Part shown: in pieces, positions 61,038-64,000 of the stretch
Layout of the letters: each line of letters starts with the position of its first letter
Position numbering within the stretch: position 1 is the first letter of the stretch
DNA from: Patescibacteria group bacterium
GTDB taxonomy: Bacteria; Patescibacteriota; Patescibacteriia; PEXW01
Assembly (NCBI GenBank): GCA_038063455.1
Contig: JBBTVB010000002.1
Coordinates: 1,296 to 65,295, forward strand
Length of the DNA: 64,000 nt
Direction: 5' to 3'
Made by a program: the position numbers and the translations under genes
The notes under the pieces: generated by a model
Database searches by the model: none
What the model was told of the DNA's origin: nothing
The model's input: the letters and a program-made list of their open reading frames with translations, nothing else

Positions 61038-61685
61038 TCAACCCTGGCGCCGGTGCTTGCGGTGGACGTGCACGTGGTGCTTGATTGCCCGGTAGTAAAA
61101 CCAAACCACGCCCACGACCGCGATAAGGTTGGCGGCGCCAATGAGCGTCACGTCAGCCTGGTTGACCGCGTCAATCACCAGCAACAACCTGTCCCCTAAA
61201 ACGTAACCCAAACCAACATAGAGCGTGGCCCACACGGCTTGGCCAAAAACTTCTGCCGGGAAGTAGCGCCGCCAGGGCAAAGGTGAAGCCCCGGCCAAGA
61301 TATTTATTTGTGCGGCAATGCTCGCTAAGAAAAACCGCGACACAAACACCCCCCAGGCCCCGTAGCGCAGCAGCACCCGGTCAGCGCGTTCTAATGTGCC
61401 GGGTTTTATAAAGCGGGTCCCGTATTTGAGCAGGATGGGCCGGCCAAATTTTCGACCCACAAAAAAGCCTAGATTATCCCCGGTCACCAGGGCAGTAAAA
61501 ACCGTCAGCCACACCCCAACCAGCGATAAATTACCCGCTCGGGCCAAGCTACCGGCAAAAATAACCACTGGGCCCATGGGAATAGAGGCCACGAACTCAA
61601 ACGCCTCGAACGCAATAAAGCCCCACAGCCCAATAAGACCGTAGTCCGTAAATACCCGAAGAAAAAAACTATCCGCTATAACCAT
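61038..61685 (-). CDS. DedA/VTT-family membrane protein
   Basis: G...G..FGRPILLKYG.RF........A...L.RYG...VF.SRF pattern. Start moved to MVIADSFF at 61685. Confidence 0.75.
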   Translation of the reverse strand: MVIADSFFLRVFTDYGLIGLWGFIAFEAFEFVASIPMGPVVIFAGSLARAGNLSLVGVWLTVFTALVTGDNLGFFVGRKFGRPILLKYGTRFIKPGTLERADRVLLRYGAWGVFVSRFFLASIAAQINILAGASPLPWRRYFPAEVFGQAVWATLYVGLGYVLGDRLLLVIDAVNQADVTLIGAANLIAVVGVVWFYYRAIKHHVHVHRKHRRQG

Positions 61686-61859
61686 GCAGGTAGTATACAG
61701 GAGAGCTAGCGCCCTACGACGCACTACGTAGGGTTTTATTTTCAACAACGCAGCGCGCCTTGGAGAAGGCGCACTCAACATTTGAGGACCAAGCGCATGC
61801 TCTCCCCGCCTGCCTCGCAAACTTGGCGAGCAGGCAGGCAGCATGCGCTTTACCAGCCT

Positions 61860-62708
61860 TTACTTTCCGTTCGGGTACACCACAATCATAACCTTCTTTC
61901 CTGTCGTCACCTTCCCGCCGTTCCAGTCGTGGATGGCATTCCAGAGCACGTCGGGTTTATACACGTAACCATTACCTTTGCGCGTGCCAGGGTCGTTAGT
62001 AATAATCCGGCCATCCTTCATCCAGCCGCGGATAGTAAGCATGTGGTACTTGGGACCGTCGTTACGGAAGTTTGGATTTTTGAGGAGCTTGCCGGCCGTA
62101 GGAATAATCACCGGCCGACCGGCGGCGACGTGGGCTTTGACGTCATCGATGCTTTTCATAGACACTACGTCCACGCGCTTGTAGCCGTACAGGTCCTTCA
62201 TCATCCTGGCGGTTTGAGCTGCGGTCGTGTCTTTAAAGTCGCCAAAGGTTGTATTCTCGTAGGCAATCATCTTGGTAAACTGCGCTTCTATTTGCGTCGC
62301 AGTCGGGCTCTTTACCTTAGTCCAAAAGTAATGGACTGTGAGCACAGCGGCTTCCTCACAGGTTTCGTTGTGCACATCGTCCCAATTGGCGGTGGGGGCT
62401 TGCAGCACAAACGGCACGCTCAAGTTAAATTCTTTGGGGAGTGTTGTCGCAGCATTTACATCCACCTGTTCGCCATCTACCTGGCCAGTGCTGGTATTGG
62501 CATTCTCATTGATTGGTGTTGACGTTGCTTCGTTAGTAACTTCGGTAACGGCAGGAAGGGTGCTGGGCTGGTCATCAAAAAAACGCGCACGAATAACGTC
62601 ACGCTCCAGGTAGATACCTGAAGCAATCAAGAGCACCGCAAAAAGTGAACCGCCAATGACAACCTTACGCATAGCAATGAGTATAGTTGAGAACCAAAAA
62701 GAATACAC
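61860..62708 (-). CDS. membrane-anchored C39-like (papain-fold) peptidase-family protein
   Basis: N-terminal TM helix. LSVPFVLQAP..NW.......TCEEAAVL.V..YW and a late H/D pair (YHMLTIRGW...IITNDPG). The family call comes from pattern memory only. Confidence 0.5.
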   Translation of the reverse strand: MYSFWFSTILIAMRKVVIGGSLFAVLLIASGIYLERDVIRARFFDDQPSTLPAVTEVTNEATSTPINENANTSTGQVDGEQVDVNAATTLPKEFNLSVPFVLQAPTANWDDVHNETCEEAAVLTVHYFWTKVKSPTATQIEAQFTKMIAYENTTFGDFKDTTAAQTARMMKDLYGYKRVDVVSMKSIDDVKAHVAAGRPVIIPTAGKLLKNPNFRNDGPKYHMLTIRGWMKDGRIITNDPGTRKGNGYVYKPDVLWNAIHDWNGGKVTTGKKVMIVVYPNGK

Positions 62709-62731
62709 GAGATGGGGTTAAATGTCAAGGG

Positions 62732-62901
62732 TTGACGCGGCACAACCCTGCCCGTACAGTACATGTGCCTTGAACAAAGTGTGCAAAAAATAACCTACAC
62801 AGGGAGGATACAAAAAAACGCTTACTCCTTGGCAGAACCAAGGGAAAAATCGACAAGCGTGACTGCTTCGATGGAGAGCCGGTGCAACGGCTCTCTTTTT
62901 T
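62732..62901 (+). ncRNA. promoter-to-terminator unit of about 135 nt (candidate sRNA)
   Basis: TTGACG-17-TACAGT (62732-62760). Internal hairpin TCCTTGG-CAGAA-CCAAGGG. Terminator GAGAGCCG-GTGCAA-CGGCTCTC + T6 (62874-62901). Confidence 0.4.
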
Positions 62902-62964
62902 AGCAATAAAATAAAGGCCAATGATGTGTATCATTGGCCTTCAATGTGCAGTTTTCCCCTGCCT

Positions 62965-63069
62965 CTAACGATTTTCGCGAGAGTTGGCAGACTCTGTTGC
63001 TGCTGCCATCTCCATAAGCGTCTGTGCGCCTAGGACCGGACCGCCGTTGTTTGAAAAAGGGATACTCAC
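62965..63069 (-). CDS. 34-aa peptide gene with its own promoter and terminator
   Basis: Minus-strand TTGACA-17-TATCAT (63129-63157). ACGGAGGT SD 5 nt before the GTG at 63069. Peptide MSIPFSNNGGPVLGAQTLMEMAAATESANSRENR. Terminator AAGGCCAATGAT/ATCATTGGCCTT (62914-62941) followed by a T-rich run. Confidence 0.45.
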   Translation of the reverse strand: MSIPFSNNGGPVLGAQTLMEMAAATESANSRENR

Positions 63070-63366
63070 TGGAACCTCCGTGTGGTTGTTGGTTTCCGCC
63101 CTACCTTGGGTGTGCTTTAAAACTCTTGATGATAGCGCAGGTTCGGGGATTTGTCAAGGCCTTATTCTCAACATAGCAATGCTTGCGTATACTTTGAAGG
63201 TAACAAGTATAAAAAAAATAATACTGTAAAAAACGGAGGTAGCGGTAGATGACGAAATAAAAAAACAGATTGAGAAGTACAACAAAGCATTCAGTAGATG
63301 GGGCCGAATCATATGGTTCATGCACCTCTTTTTATTGAACATTGCTCTATGTAAATTTGGCCAATC

Positions 63367-63430
63367 TTAGCCATTTTGGCTAACCTTAGCCAAGCTGTGT
63401 ATTGACAGAGTTGTCACCTAGGAGTATGCT
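63367..63430 (+). promoter_or_regulatory. TTAGCCA/TGGCTAA repeat cluster plus sigma70-like promoter
   Basis: TTAGCCA (63367), TGGCTAA (63377) and TTAGCCA (63386) lie just upstream of TTGACA-17-TATGCT (63402-63430). Confidence 0.5.
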
Positions 63431-63447
63431 ACATCGTTACGGTTGAG

Positions 63448-63594
63448 ATGGCTTCCCGGCCAAACGCGTGCCACTTTGAAAACTGCATAGGATTCCTAGC
63501 CAGCTGCCCCGCTTGGGCACTGGTTGGAGAGAGCGTCTTCTCCGCCTCTGGCGGAATGACGAAAATACATAGCGAAAGCTATGCCAAGCGCTGA
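63448..63594 (+). CDS. possible 48-aa Cys-containing peptide
   Basis: The ATG lies about 11 nt after the predicted TSS and the SD is weak. Peptide MASRPNACHFENCIGFLASCPAW.... A terminator follows at 63648-63688. It could equally be a non-coding RNA. Confidence 0.3.
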   Translation: MASRPNACHFENCIGFLASCPAWALVGESVFSASGGMTKIHSESYAKR

Positions 63595-63647
63595 ACGCAA
63601 ATTACCTATTCGCCAATAATATATTCGCAACATGATTACTACCAAAT

Positions 63648-63688
63648 AACGGACTCTCTCCCAAACAGGGCAGGGTCCGTTTTGTTTG
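63648..63688 (+). terminator. rho-independent terminator
   Basis: AACGGAC...GTCCGTT stem followed by TTGTTTG. Confidence 0.65.
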
Positions 63689-63798
63689 TAGGTCGGGGGA
63701 GCTTGTCTCCCCCCTCTTATCCAGCCTGTAAAAACACTTACCGTCTGGAACTGGAGAAGCAACAAGACAAACAGAAAACATATCGAGGGAGAATCACA

Positions 63799-64000
63799 AT
63801 GCTTACGACAATCATCGTTCTTGCGATCATTACTTTCATCATCCTTTTGGCGACGAAGACCATTCACCTTTCTGGTGGGCTGCACTGGGCCAACTGGAAA
63901 GTGAAAACCAAAAATGAGCGCCAGAACAGAGACATCATTGGCCCAGATCCAATATGGGGAAACGCGACAATAGTCGGCACAAATCAAGAGCAATGGTTAC
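63799..64000 (+). CDS. hypothetical membrane protein, 5' partial (runs off the window)
   Basis: GAGGGAG SD 8 nt before the ATG. N-terminal TM helix MLTTIIVLAIITFIILLATK. The frame stays open to the window end. Confidence 0.55.
   Translation, partial: MLTTIIVLAIITFIILLATKTIHLSGGLHWANWKVKTKNERQNRDIIGPDPIWGNATIVGTNQEQWL

Noticed and set aside
62718-63342. Track ORFs of 62-81 aa in the AT-rich spacer (62718-62934 minus, 62984-63229 plus, 63101-63342 minus).
   Set aside because: They cross the promoter/terminator-delimited small units described above. They lack SDs, and the translations look like AT-rich noise (F/Y/I/L runs).
63496-63993. 165-aa minus-strand ORF at the right end of the window.
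   Set aside because: It spans a promoter, a terminator and the start of a better-supported plus-strand membrane-protein ORF. Its translation is Cys/Arg/Trp-rich and implausible.
1-64000. CRISPR arrays, rRNA genes, transposases, integrases, reverse transcriptases (retron/DGR) and prophage structural genes.
   Set aside because: I scanned the ORF track and the intergenic sequence. No regularly spaced direct-repeat array, no rRNA-like conserved strings, and no DDE, tyrosine/serine recombinase or RT motifs were seen.

Overview
The window is mostly dense housekeeping DNA with standard-code ORFs and moderate GC. The host looks like a small-genome bacterium with a Gram-positive-like or Patescibacteria-like surface repertoire; that host call is inference from gene content only.

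Recognisable genes:
- Translation and replication: tyrS, cysS, dnaX, a DEAD-box helicase, dus.
- DNA repair: mutM, mutY.
- Undecaprenyl-phosphate cycle: uppS, uppP, a divergent PAP2-like gene.
- Isoprenoid and glycolysis: ispH, a short pyruvate kinase.
- Metal homeostasis: a P-type ATPase, a Fur-family regulator with a ZIP transporter, VIT1, a DUF59 protein, a CorA-like protein.
- Three tRNAs: Tyr-GTA, Pro-CGG and Gln-CTG.
- A 1918-aa VWA/SdrD-B/DUF11 surface protein with an adjacent sortase.

The heat-shock operon (CIRCE-hrcA-grpE-dnaK, with dnaJ further on) is interrupted twice. A zinc-ribbon gene flanked by two ~150-nt repeats sits between grpE and dnaK. An accessory island of about 6 kb sits between dnaK and dnaJ. 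The island carries a Fic/Doc-like gene, a trypco2-like gene, an HD hydrolase, a toxin-antitoxin-like pair and a SEC-C plus PD-(D/E)xK gene.

Signals I rank highest:
1. A cobalamin-riboswitch-like leader in front of a transporter-less cluster of DUF4430 and alpha-toroid surface proteins.
2. Two paralogous ~240-nt intergenic elements whose hairpins differ by compensatory changes. One of them is extended by a further ~280 nt of ORF-free, hairpin-dense sequence.
3. Partial tRNA duplications carrying GC-hairpin insertions at all three tRNA loci. One encloses a GIY-YIG ORF whose stop codon lies inside tRNA-Gln.
4. A four-copy multi-hairpin CCTCC/GGAGG repeat family.

No CRISPR array, rRNA, transposase or integrase was seen. 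All calls rest on reading the sequence and the ORF track by eye. No search or folding program was run.
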